DNA of 64,000 nt from Pseudomonadota bacterium (lineage in GTDB: Bacteria; Babelota; Babeliae; Babelales; CAIQNR01). The DNA is taken from positions 135,762-199,761 of the forward strand of contig JAIYDZ010000006.1 in NCBI GenBank assembly GCA_027487215.1, read 5' to 3'. Position 1 is the stretch's first letter; each line of letters starts with the position of its first letter. The translations under genes and the position numbers were made by a program. The notes below the pieces were generated by a model. The model was not told the origin of the DNA, made no database searches, and saw only the letters and a list, made by a program, of their open reading frames with translations. Positions 19,372 to 28,407 of this stretch are shown here, in pieces.

Positions 19372-19538
19372 AGCGCGCCATGCAGGCGACAAAACGCCGT
19401 CAGGCGTTCTTCGTAAGCATTGCGTCGCGTGTATTGAAAAAGAGATGGGGGTCTAGGGGGGTCAGCTCAGGCACCCCCTTTGTGCTGCCTGCATAAGGCC
19501 CTGCAAACTTGAAAATTAAAAATACGGAATAACAATGC
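19372..19538 (+). ncRNA. Candidate structured RNA (arm B of the inverted repeat)
   Basis: Hairpin AACGCC-GTCA-GGCGTT (19393..19408) at the position homologous to the arm A hairpin, with three compensatory pair changes. There is also an ATGCAGGC..GCCTGCAT closing stem. About 58 percent G+C over 19371..19500 by hand count. Confidence 0.3.
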
Positions 19539-19630
19539 AATTGACTTTAGATACACAAAATATGATTTTAAATTGAAAAAAAGTGTTTTTAAAAAAGTGG
19601 TAAAGCTCACAATGAAGCTTATCAACGATC

Positions 19631-19903
19631 TTAATCAGTCAAAAAACGATTTTCCTGTTTGTGCCATTCAAGAACAACGCCTTCTTTTTCAAGGTACGCA
19701 ATAAGCTCAAGGAAGATTGATTCAGTTGCGTGTGGAACAAAAAACTCAAAAATGTTCTCTTTTTTATCAAGTGCACGATCAAAACAGACATGTTCTGTAC
19801 CACGCATAACAGCAGCCATAAACCATGCTCGTGGACGATCTACACGAACAAGATAATAGAGACAGAGCGGTGATTGCAAATAGGAAGTTATTTGAGTATC
19901 CAC
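19631..19903 (-). CDS. Small conserved-looking hypothetical protein (90 aa)
   Basis: Clean ORF with a compact alpha/beta-like sequence (YYLVRVDRPRAWFMAAVMRGTEHVCFDR..FEFFVP). I cannot name the family with confidence. Confidence 0.5.
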   Translation of the reverse strand: MDTQITSYLQSPLCLYYLVRVDRPRAWFMAAVMRGTEHVCFDRALDKKENIFEFFVPHATESIFLELIAYLEKEGVVLEWHKQENRFLTD

Positions 19904-20011
19904 GAACAGTTCCTCACACTTAAAAATGAAGCCTACTTTAAAAGCTTAAGACTTTTAAGTATACTGGCCCCTTGTGTATTGTCTAACCTTCTTGCTTTTA
20001 AAAGGAAATCC

Positions 20012-21211
20012 ATGTCTACGAGTAACTCTGACAAAATTGGAGTATCTACTGCCACTATCATTGGCATGAACGCAATGATAGGTGCGGGAATTTTTGCAAT
20101 TCCAAGCACATTGGCTACTGAAGTAGGACCAGCTGGAATTATCTCATTTGCTTTTATGGCAGTCTCTGTATGGTTCATGGCACAATCAGTCGCACGGGTT
20201 GCACAACTCTATCCTCAAGAAGGTTCATTTTACACCTATGCTCGCCAATGGGGCGGACACACTGCAGGGATTGTCGCAAGCGGATGTTATTTTGTTGGAC
20301 TACTGATTGCAATGGGACTACTTACCCATTCAGCTGGTGAACATTTAGTGCGCTATATACCCGATTTTGCTCCCCATACACTCGGGCTTATTACCCTTGC
20401 AACACTTACCATTCTTAATATGATTGGCGTATCTCTCTCTTCACTTGGTCAACAAATTTTAATTATTTTAACAGTACTTCCGTTGTTACTTACTACCGGG
20501 ATGTGTTTAACAAAAGCAAGTTTAGTAAATCTTGTGCCTTTCATGCCAGCAGGGCCACTGAGTGTTTTTAAAGCAACGCGCATTGTGGCATTTTCATTCT
20601 TTGGATTTGAAGCTGCGGCATCATTATTTGATATTATTAAAGATCCAGAAAAAAACGTCCCACGCGCACTGACCTATTCACTTATGGCGGTAGCAGGATT
20701 ATACCTTACCTTTGTTGCATCACTGATTCTTGCAGTACCACTTTCGCTCTTTCAAGCAAATCCAGGACCTGCATCAGGCGCCCTTTCAATTATTTTTCCT
20801 GATTATCCATGGGCTATTGAATGTATTCACATTGCAAGTATCTCTGCAATTCTGGGAACTCTTCATTCAATGATCTGGTCAGCAGGCGCGCTGTTTCTTT
20901 CATTCATGAAAAAATTTCATAGCAAAAATGCTCAGTTTGTACTCGCACACGGAATTATCAACCACGCAACTGCAACACTCCTTATTGGAATTGCAATATT
21001 TGCAAGTTACACAATCTTTACTAATGAAATGTTTTTCAACCTGACCGCTTTATTTTTACTTATTGCGTACTCATCAGCAATGATCACCCTTTTAACTCTT
21101 GAACGTGAATGGAAATCAGGACAAAATTATATCACCTGCGCAGGACTGGCTACCGCTGCTCTTGTATTTTATTTTGCAGTAACTGATATTATTGCAGCAA
21201 TTCGTTTTTAA
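20012..21211 (+). CDS. Amino acid permease (APC superfamily)
   Basis: The ATG at 20012 gives MSTSNSDKIGVSTATIIGMNAMIGAGIF, the typical APC N-terminal motif. About 12 TM segments. Confidence 0.85.
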   Translation: MSTSNSDKIGVSTATIIGMNAMIGAGIFAIPSTLATEVGPAGIISFAFMAVSVWFMAQSVARVAQLYPQEGSFYTYARQWGGHTAGIVASGCYFVGLLIAMGLLTHSAGEHLVRYIPDFAPHTLGLITLATLTILNMIGVSLSSLGQQILIILTVLPLLLTTGMCLTKASLVNLVPFMPAGPLSVFKATRIVAFSFFGFEAAASLFDIIKDPEKNVPRALTYSLMAVAGLYLTFVASLILAVPLSLFQANPGPASGALSIIFPDYPWAIECIHIASISAILGTLHSMIWSAGALFLSFMKKFHSKNAQFVLAHGIINHATATLLIGIAIFASYTIFTNEMFFNLTALFLLIAYSSAMITLLTLEREWKSGQNYITCAGLATAALVFYFAVTDIIAAIRF

Positions 21212-21285
21212 GAACGTTATTTGACGTTATGAAAAACAAGGTGCTATAACTTGAACATCGATTTTGACCAGAAGAAAGGATTGTA

Positions 21286-22716
21286 ATGAACAGAACGATA
21301 CTGGCTGCTGCTGCTCTCTTTTGCTTGAGCACCGGAATTATGACAGCCAACTATACAGCCAGCCAAAATGATTTTGCTCCTCTTTATACCACGCGCTATC
21401 CGTTTGGTTTTTTAAATGAAAACCGTAAAGAGTTTGAAAAAGGTTTAACAAAACAGACCATTAAAGAACGTGTACAACTTTCTGCAACGCTCTATGGCCA
21501 ACAAGCAGATGTCGCTGGAGGAAGCGATCAAAATAAAACTGAATGCAATAACGGAGACATTCACGGTCGTTGGAATATGATCGGACTCACTTATGGAGCA
21601 GTACCTACCCGACAAACACGTCCCGCATTGTTAACTGCTGCCGCAGCTGCAACATACTCTGATGGACAAAGGCTCGATCATGAGAATTATTCAGATACGA
21701 TAGATGCATTAGGACATTTTACAATCCCTTTAAAATATCGTAAAACCGGCGCTCGCATGACATTTTCAGCGCGCATTTTTAATGACATCGTGCTATCAGT
21801 ACAAGGTGGTGTGGCTGATATTAAACAAACCTATACTGCATTTGAAAACTACGGCAGAACAAAAGCAGCTGCACTTACCAGTAATCCTGAAACCTACTAT
21901 GGTGTTAAACCTGCTGACCCTGCCACTGCCGTTCCTCAAGATCTTAATACGGTTGATGCCAACTTAATGGATCCTTACGAACAGATTTTTGATCAAATGG
22001 GTCTTAATATTCTTGATAATCATGAAACGGGTGCTGAAGATGTGTATGTTTCTTTTGTATGGAGACACAACAAACATGTTAACGACCCAGACAGTTCGGG
22101 TGATTACATTTATGAAGAAGATGAATGGGAACGCTTTATTTTAATTCCCTTCTTTAAACTCACAACTGGTATTGGAATGGGCAAGAAAAAAGACCCTTCT
22201 GTAGCATTTTCTCTTCCTTTTGGTAACAACGGTCACCACTCACTTGATGTAACATTTGGAATCAGTGCTGACTTCTATCAGGATGTTGAACTCACCTTTG
22301 ATGTAGGAGCAACCCACTTTTTCAAACGTGAAATTCATGGCATGTTTGTGCCAACCGATGAGCGCCAAACCGGTATATTTCCATTCAAAACGGATGTGAA
22401 CTATGAGCCAGGAAAAACCTTACATGGGGGTGTTTCGCTTAATGCCTATCACTTTTTAGATAAAGTTTCATGCTATGTACAATATATGTATGTAACTCAC
22501 ACCTCAGATTCTATCACTCTCTTAACTGCAGACAGTGCGTTTAAACCGTCAGTTTTAGAAGATGTAACAAAATGGACAATTCATGCGGCAAACGTCGGAT
22601 TTAATGTTGATTTATCACCAAATATGAGCTTTGGAGCTGCGTGGCAAGCACCGATTGCACGTCGCGGAGCATACAAAACAAACACTATTGCACTTAGTTT
22701 AGTCGGTACATTTTGA
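21286..22716 (+). CDS. Putative outer-membrane beta-barrel protein/porin
   Basis: Signal peptide (MNRTILAAAALFCLSTGIMTA), alternating amphipathic strands, and a C-terminal aromatic residue (..ALSLVGTF). Confidence 0.7.
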   Translation: MNRTILAAAALFCLSTGIMTANYTASQNDFAPLYTTRYPFGFLNENRKEFEKGLTKQTIKERVQLSATLYGQQADVAGGSDQNKTECNNGDIHGRWNMIGLTYGAVPTRQTRPALLTAAAAATYSDGQRLDHENYSDTIDALGHFTIPLKYRKTGARMTFSARIFNDIVLSVQGGVADIKQTYTAFENYGRTKAAALTSNPETYYGVKPADPATAVPQDLNTVDANLMDPYEQIFDQMGLNILDNHETGAEDVYVSFVWRHNKHVNDPDSSGDYIYEEDEWERFILIPFFKLTTGIGMGKKKDPSVAFSLPFGNNGHHSLDVTFGISADFYQDVELTFDVGATHFFKREIHGMFVPTDERQTGIFPFKTDVNYEPGKTLHGGVSLNAYHFLDKVSCYVQYMYVTHTSDSITLLTADSAFKPSVLEDVTKWTIHAANVGFNVDLSPNMSFGAAWQAPIARRGAYKTNTIALSLVGTF

Positions 22717-22748
22717 GCTCAAAAAATCTAAATCCTGCTCTATAAATT

Positions 22749-22799
22749 AAAAAGTCTAGAACTTCCACTTACTCGATGTAAGGAAGGGCTAGACTTTTT
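22749..22799 (+). terminator. Rho-independent terminator after the OMP gene
   Basis: AAAAAGTCTAG..CTTCC..GGAAG..CTAGACTTTTT long hairpin. It is flanked by two copies of the palindrome TTTTGAGCTCAA (22711 and 22796). Confidence 0.7.
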
Positions 22800-22902
22800 G
22801 AGCTCAACCCGCTATTATAAGTGAAATACAAATTTGTAAGGTTACCTTTAAGTAACTGGGTTTTAGAGTAAAAGTTTGATTCGAAAGGAAGATGAAACTC
22901 CT

Positions 22903-23112
22903 ATGTCTAAAAAGAGCAACATAGAAATCAGCGTAGCAGGAAACGTAGAACGCTCACTTCGTCAATTAAAGAAAAAAATTGAACGTGAAGGTGTAGTTCG
23001 TGATATGAAACGTTGTGTTTACTTCGAATCTCCTACACAAAAACGTCGTAAAAGATTAATGCGCGCTATCAAGCAAAATTTCATGCGCATGGTCTCACAA
23101 CGTCTTGTTTAA
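22903..23112 (+). CDS. rpsU: 30S ribosomal protein S21
   Basis: 69-aa basic protein with the S21 pattern (ERSLRQLKKKIEREGVVRDMKRCVYFESPTQKRRKR). Confidence 0.9.
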   Translation: MSKKSNIEISVAGNVERSLRQLKKKIEREGVVRDMKRCVYFESPTQKRRKRLMRAIKQNFMRMVSQRLV

Positions 23113-23139
23113 TTACACGTCGTCTAAGAATAGAAGCCT

Positions 23140-23511
23140 ATGAACAACAGACGCGTAAGCGATATTAAACGAGCACAGAAAACCTCTCTGTTGTTTAGAA
23201 CTATTGCGCAGCTTTTTGCACAAACATTGTTTGACAATAAAGAACTCACTGGTTTTTATGTTAACCGTGTTGAGCTCTCTCCTGATAAAGGATTGTGCTA
23301 CGTATTCTTTTGCGCCCCTGGCGGAGAAGAAGGTTTTAAAGAAAAGCTGCCCATTCTTAAACTCTACAAACCATCAGTACGTGCTGCGATAGCAAAAGAA
23401 GTTCCTGGTCGTTATGCACCTGACATTCTTTTCAAGTTTGATAAAACAGACGAAAAATCCCGCCGCATTGATGACATTCTTTATAAATTAAAAAACAACG
23501 GCGATCTTTAA
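23140..23511 (+). CDS. rbfA: Ribosome-binding factor A
   Basis: RbfA length and pattern (RRVSDIKRAQKTSLLFRTIAQLF..VNRVELSPDKGLCYVFF). Confidence 0.85.
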   Translation: MNNRRVSDIKRAQKTSLLFRTIAQLFAQTLFDNKELTGFYVNRVELSPDKGLCYVFFCAPGGEEGFKEKLPILKLYKPSVRAAIAKEVPGRYAPDILFKFDKTDEKSRRIDDILYKLKNNGDL

Positions 23512-23513
23512 TA

Positions 23514-24176
23514 ATGATACACAATGCGTTAATGGTGTTAAGTGCATTGTGTACAAGTGTTATTGCCGCTCTGTGTGGACTGTATCTTGTTAAAGATCAT
23601 GTTCCTTCAAATGCTTTGACCCGCATAAGAACACTTGTTCTTGTGACCTTAAGTACGTTTTTTTTCATCTGGTATTTTAATACCATTTCTTACTCACCCA
23701 CTCTTGCATCGTTCTTACTTTTAGTGTGGAGTTTTGCACTTGCTGTTACTGCTCACACTGATGCTCATACACTTTTAATTTCACCCTGGTGCACACTGTA
23801 CCTGATTCCTCTTGGACTTTTGGGTGCATGGCAAAACTGGTTACCTGTTACTTTCTTTGAAAGCGTGATAGGAATCATTTTTGGAGCAGGAGTTTTGTTA
23901 ATCACCGCAACAATTGGACGATGGTATTATAAAACAGAAGCGCTGGGACAAGGCGACATTGAACTTCTTGCACTATGTGGAGCCTTTCTAGGTCCAATCA
24001 GTTGTTTTCGTATTTTACTCTATGGATCAATTATTGGTTCATTATGGGGAACATTCTGCATTATCTTTTATAAAGGCCACGTACATACACTCAAACTTCC
24101 TTTTGGAACATTTCTTGCTCTGGCTGGGCTTGTTGAATTATGGTTATTATGCACAACAGCTGGCTATCTTTTATAA
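23514..24176 (+). CDS. Prepilin peptidase (A24 family), short form without the N-terminal methyltransferase region
   Basis: Polytopic membrane protein with both Asp motifs (AHTDAHTLLI and GQGDIELLALCGAFLG). Confidence 0.8.
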   Translation: MIHNALMVLSALCTSVIAALCGLYLVKDHVPSNALTRIRTLVLVTLSTFFFIWYFNTISYSPTLASFLLLVWSFALAVTAHTDAHTLLISPWCTLYLIPLGLLGAWQNWLPVTFFESVIGIIFGAGVLLITATIGRWYYKTEALGQGDIELLALCGAFLGPISCFRILLYGSIIGSLWGTFCIIFYKGHVHTLKLPFGTFLALAGLVELWLLCTTAGYLL

Positions 24177-24211
24177 TCGAAATACATAACTTTCTCAGAT
24201 AAGGAAACATC

Positions 24212-24571
24212 ATGAAAAAGCTACTTCTTTTTTCTGTTGTAATTTTGACCAGTTCACTTTACAGTCATCCTTTTCGTAGCATTTTAAGTACTTTAAGATA
24301 TGCGCCTTTACAAAAAAGATCTCCTCACTCTCATACACCATACTCTCAGAATGAGCTAACTCAACTGGCAAAAATAAGAGAAGACTATTATAAAAAACTT
24401 GGAGCTCTTGCAGAACAAGAACAAGCACTTGCTCTAAAAAGAATTAATCTTGAAAAAGAATATGCTCAAGCAAAATCAACACTTATAAGCACTTGTCTTT
24501 TAAAAAAAAGCGAACATTCATCTCTTACTACAAAATCGTCCAGTTATAACGCTAGCAGACAACCAGAATAA
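24212..24571 (+). CDS. Hypothetical secreted protein
   Basis: MKKLLLFSVVILTSSLYS signal peptide, a helical K/E/Q-rich body and a Ser-rich tail. Confidence 0.55.
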   Translation: MKKLLLFSVVILTSSLYSHPFRSILSTLRYAPLQKRSPHSHTPYSQNELTQLAKIREDYYKKLGALAEQEQALALKRINLEKEYAQAKSTLISTCLLKKSEHSSLTTKSSSYNASRQPE

Positions 24572-24677
24572 AATAATAAAACACAGAGTAAAAGTAGAAA
24601 AAACTCTCATAAAAGAGTACTGTAGATTTTTATTAAAAAACTGTTTGTATATAAGGATGTTTTAAGTGATTACAAAA

Positions 24678-25403
24678 ATGAAATTACTGCTTTTACTACT
24701 CTGTAGTTTTGTAAGTCATTCTCACGCAGCTCTCTTTAACCCGCTAAAAGTTGCTCTTAGCGCATTACAATCGCAAAAAAATCTTGCTACCAAAGTTTCT
24801 GATCTTTGCGCGTGTATCCAAAAAGAGAAAACAACAAATGATGCAATCATAGAATCTATAAAAACTGGTTTTACAACTATGGCTGCTGATTATAAAAAAA
24901 ATCCTGATGCATGCGCAAAAGAATTAGAAAAAGCACAAGCACAATCACTGCGAGCAATAAAAAGTCAGGAAGATTTCTTAAAATCTTTAATTAAAGAACG
25001 AAATGAACGCGGCGGATGTGCCTTTATTAATGCAAAAACAAGAGTATGGTGCCCTGATCATCCTGAACATCAAGAAAACGAACGAATAAGCAAACTAGAA
25101 ATAAGCACCCCTTGCCTCTGCATAGAAGAAGAAAAAAAAACAACCGCTGAAATGATACAAAGGATAGAAGCCGGATTTGAATCTAGAACTAATGCTTATC
25201 AGATAAACAATCGTTATTGTGATAATAAAGTAGAAATAGAAAAAGCATATAATGCATCACAAAAAGTGATAAAAAGATGCAAAGACTCTTTAAACGAGTT
25301 TATCCTAAGCCACAAACAGCGAGGTGGATGTGCATTACATAATCCAAAAACAAAAATTCAATGCCCCCATAATGCAGCACCTCAAAAAGCAAAAACTAAC
25401 TGA
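24678..25403 (+). CDS. Secreted Cys-rich protein with an internal tandem duplication (two roughly 110-aa repeats)
   Basis: MKLLLLLLCSFVSHSHA signal peptide. The repeats share CxCI.(K/E)EK(T/K)T....I..I..GF, RGGCA and K(T)..(W/Q)CP(D)H. Confidence 0.65.
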   Translation: MKLLLLLLCSFVSHSHAALFNPLKVALSALQSQKNLATKVSDLCACIQKEKTTNDAIIESIKTGFTTMAADYKKNPDACAKELEKAQAQSLRAIKSQEDFLKSLIKERNERGGCAFINAKTRVWCPDHPEHQENERISKLEISTPCLCIEEEKKTTAEMIQRIEAGFESRTNAYQINNRYCDNKVEIEKAYNASQKVIKRCKDSLNEFILSHKQRGGCALHNPKTKIQCPHNAAPQKAKTN

Positions 25404-25468
25404 GACAACACGACTAAATATTCTCAAAAAAAATAATTACTTTCCCCACTATCAAAGGACTGTTTATA

Positions 25469-25945
25469 ATGAAAGCATTACTTACAAAAAAACTTTTAAT
25501 GGTGAGTGCGTTTGTTACTCACAACACCTACGCTGTTCATACTAATCCGCTTACAACACTTGCAGCACGCGCATTAAAACAACGAGCATCTTTTTATAGC
25601 TCAGCAAGAAAAACAGTAAGCTGTCCTTTTTTAGAAAGAGTGGCCCCTTTTATTAAAGAACAAGAAGAACTGTTAAAAGTCAGGCTTGAAACATCACGCT
25701 TAGAGTATGAACTCTTTCGAGCAAACCTTCAGCGAATTAATTTTCAAAGCGGCTACCCTTTTGTAGCAATCGCAGCACAAAATGCCAAAAATCAACAACA
25801 TGCAGCTCTTGAAGATTTTCAAAAAGCTGTAAAAGAAAAAGCAGATGAAATTTGCAAAGAGCTTGCTAAAGAGATGCAAGAATCTCAACACTTGAAATGC
25901 TGCCCTGACGCACAACCAAAATCAGGCCGTTCCGACAATCAATAA
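25469..25945 (+). CDS. Hypothetical secreted protein (same local family)
   Basis: Signal peptide MKALLTKKLLMVSAFVTHNTYA. The mature N-terminus HTNPLTTLAARAL resembles LFNPLKVALSAL of the preceding gene. Confidence 0.6.
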   Translation: MKALLTKKLLMVSAFVTHNTYAVHTNPLTTLAARALKQRASFYSSARKTVSCPFLERVAPFIKEQEELLKVRLETSRLEYELFRANLQRINFQSGYPFVAIAAQNAKNQQHAALEDFQKAVKEKADEICKELAKEMQESQHLKCCPDAQPKSGRSDNQ

Positions 25946-26400
25946 TAGCGGAAGGCTGATCATTGATTTCAGAATCATTTCCTACCAGACAAGCAACTGG
26001 CTGTAAAATAGTTAGCAAAATAGCTGTAAATGAACGCGATATCAGCTGTTGAATTATAGTGGCACTTGTTAAAAATAAAGACCCTGTAAGGTTTACCGAC
26101 TTTCTAATAGACGCATGAGCGAGGACTTGAAAAACAATTATGCCATCAACTCCCTTCATACAAAAAGGTAAAGATTCTTTTGTTATAAAAATAATGGTCA
26201 GTGGTCCTGGCCAATATTTTTATAATATTTTTTACAAATAGAATATCATTTTTGCGCGCATAGTGCGTAAGTTGATTATTGTCAGACAGCAGCATTAAAT
26301 AGGGTTTTTCAGAACATCTTTTAACGTTATTTATCCCAAAAAACCTTCAGGACTTGTTGACGCAAATAAGCCTAAAACAGTATCTGTGGCCCCTTAAATA
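25866..26400 (-). pseudogene. tsaC: Decayed L-threonylcarbamoyladenylate synthase (TsaC/YrdC family)
   Basis: YrdC motifs are spread over two frames. ATDTVLGLFAS (starts 26390) has a TAA directly upstream. YWPGPLTIIF is shifted by 1 nt within an A-rich run. LTSATIIQQ replaces STSANxSG. ..PSAIIDC.. is retained. The 3' end overlaps the convergent gene by 80 bp. Confidence 0.6.
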
Positions 26401-26677
26401 AGCTTAACCTAACTTAACCTGCCCACTAAAACTTAGATTGTATCTGCTGATTTCCAGCTTAAAACCTTCTTTTCTATTTTTTCACTTTTGAAATTAAAGT
26501 TAAATATAAACCTCAATTAATATTACCAGTTTGACAATATCAAACAATTGCCTACACTTATACCATATTCATTCATATACTACCAGCAGAGTGTTTACAT
26601 AGCCACACAGAGTAGAAACAGGCATAAAAAAGGCTTGGCAAGCGCTAAAAGTAGGGTAAAAAGAAAAGGGAAGGTCT

Positions 26678-28099
26678 ATGAGCACTATAAAACAAGCAAT
26701 TCCACAAAAAGAAACCGTATCAATACTCAGACAAAGAAACTACTCAGAAGTCGTTGAGTTTTTTGATAAACATTGGTCAGTTAGCCTTGATGGTAAGGGC
26801 AAAGAACGAGTTGCAAAACTTGATAAACTTTTTAATAACCCTTCGCAAAAATTAAGAACTATTTTTATTACCGGGACAAACGGTAAATCTTTAACCGCCC
26901 ACTTTGCATCAAAATTATTAAAGCGCGAAGGCCTCACTGTTGGTACCTTCACTTCGCCACACATTTTGACCTACAACGAACGTTTTGTGTGTGACAATGA
27001 AACTATTGCCAACAGAACTTTTACAGAACTTGCAAATGATGTTATTAATGCCGCAGACACTGCAGGAATTGTTGCCAACACTAAAGAACTCTTAACACAG
27101 TTGGCATTTAACTACTTTGCATCAAACAATGTTGATGTTGCTATTTTTGAAATTGATGGCTCAGGAATAACTGATGCGGCAACGCTCTGTACTCCTGATG
27201 TACTTGCAATCACTCGACTTATTGAAACACAAGCTGATGCTGCTGGAAAATTACCAGAATCACTCTTACAAGAATATGTCAGTCTTGCAAAAAAGCAGAC
27301 CTCTGTTGTCTCTGCTGATCAAAATAAATCGAATCTTAAAACGCTTAATGAACTGGTTGATGCAAGTGGCGCCCAATGGAGCATGCCTATCAGAAAAGTA
27401 GTAGCGCTTGCCTATCCTTTTGAACAACTTCATGGACGTTGTGCAGCGCTTGCAGAACGTGTTGCAACCCTCTTTGTTAATAACGTTGCAAACAAAAATG
27501 CCTTGGTTCTTACAGACAGTCTTCTTGCAAAAGAAAAAGGCAGAAGAGGTCGTCCAACGCTTGAAACTAAAAAGCAGTTAGAACTCAATCCAAAAAAGAC
27601 TATTGAACAATTTTGGAAAGACGTAAGCAGCGAACTTGGCGGAAGATTCCAGATTCTTGATAAAGAAAAACCAACAATTCTGCTTGATAACTCTTGCAAT
27701 AGCGATGCCTTTGAAAACGTGTTACTTGGTATCCGTTTACTTCATTACCAACGCCCTTTAAAAGGTCTTACTCTCATTGTTGCCTGTGAAGAAGGTGCAG
27801 TTGATCCTGAACTCTTTGCAAAACAGATCCGTTATTTCTTTAAAAAGATTTCTGGCCATATTATTCTTTGTCCTCTTGGTAAAACAGCCGGCTGGCAAAA
27901 ACCATCATGGGATATTGAAAAAATTAACAATGCCTTTAAAGCGGTAAAAATAAAAGCTCGCACCGCGACACATTTTAAAGATGCATTTGATACTGCTAAA
28001 AAACTGGTTAACGATCGTCATGGCTTAATTGCTGTGCTTGGATCAACCGGTGTTTTACAAGAATATTGGATCTATAAAGGTATTAAGAAAGTATCCTAA
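26678..28099 (+). CDS. folC: Folylpolyglutamate synthase/dihydrofolate synthase (Mur ligase family)
   Basis: P-loop IFITGTNGKSLTAHF followed by GTFTSPHILTYNERF, the typical FolC N-terminal core. Confidence 0.85.
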   Translation: MSTIKQAIPQKETVSILRQRNYSEVVEFFDKHWSVSLDGKGKERVAKLDKLFNNPSQKLRTIFITGTNGKSLTAHFASKLLKREGLTVGTFTSPHILTYNERFVCDNETIANRTFTELANDVINAADTAGIVANTKELLTQLAFNYFASNNVDVAIFEIDGSGITDAATLCTPDVLAITRLIETQADAAGKLPESLLQEYVSLAKKQTSVVSADQNKSNLKTLNELVDASGAQWSMPIRKVVALAYPFEQLHGRCAALAERVATLFVNNVANKNALVLTDSLLAKEKGRRGRPTLETKKQLELNPKKTIEQFWKDVSSELGGRFQILDKEKPTILLDNSCNSDAFENVLLGIRLLHYQRPLKGLTLIVACEEGAVDPELFAKQIRYFFKKISGHIILCPLGKTAGWQKPSWDIEKINNAFKAVKIKARTATHFKDAFDTAKKLVNDRHGLIAVLGSTGVLQEYWIYKGIKKVS

Positions 28100-28104
28100 T
28101 CATC

Positions 28105-28407
28105 ATGATGATACCAGAACCTGTTTACGCCTTTTTTATGAGCACTGTTGCTGGTATCATGTATGGCTATCTTTTTGCAGCGAGCAAAAGCTTTTTATGG
28201 AGGGAGAACCGTTTTAATGGACAATGGCCATTAAAAACGTTTCTCCTTTCCTCTTTATTAGCTATTTTTAGAATTGGCCTTATCGGGCTTCTTTTTTTCT
28301 TTATATTGCGCACTCAGTTAATGAGTATTATACTGATTTCCATATCATCTTTCCTGGCAGGTTTTTGGGTTGTCATAGTCAGAAAGAAAGCGCATGAACA
28401 CTGTTAA
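28105..28407 (+). CDS. Small membrane protein upstream of atpB (AtpI/AtpZ-like position)
   Basis: 100 aa with 3-4 TM segments. It starts 5 nt after the folC stop and overlaps the atpB start. The assignment rests on position only. Confidence 0.4.
   Translation: MMIPEPVYAFFMSTVAGIMYGYLFAASKSFLWRENRFNGQWPLKTFLLSSLLAIFRIGLIGLLFFFILRTQLMSIILISISSFLAGFWVVIVRKKAHEHC

Larger units (their letters stand above)
19086..19538. repeat. G+C-rich 453-bp imperfect inverted repeat (two roughly 165-nt homologous arms around an AT-richer spacer) in a non-coding gap
   Basis: The terminal 15 nt match 14/15 (GCATTATTATTCCGT versus the reverse complement of ACGGAATAACAATGC). The interior arms align at roughly 60-70 percent. 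No ORF of 60 aa or more lies in 19024..19630. Confidence 0.85.

Noticed and set aside
19380-19496. A 38-codon ORF in arm B (MQATKRRQAFFVSIASRVLKKRWGSRGVSSGTPFVLPA) as a small protein or type I toxin
   Set aside because: The homologous arm A has ATG followed directly by a stop in the equivalent frame. Differences between the arms are not biased towards synonymous changes. The peptide is not a hydrophobic toxin-like helix.
19086-19538. Whether the G+C-rich element is tmRNA, 5S rRNA or SRP RNA
   Set aside because: For tmRNA there is no T-arm (GGTTCGAATCC-like), no CCA-proximal acceptor pairing and no GGATTCGAC-type element. For 5S, arm B has a 5S-like length between its closing stems but lacks the CCGAAC / GAAGTGAAAC loop C motifs. 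For SRP, the GGAAGCAGC helix-8 motif is absent.
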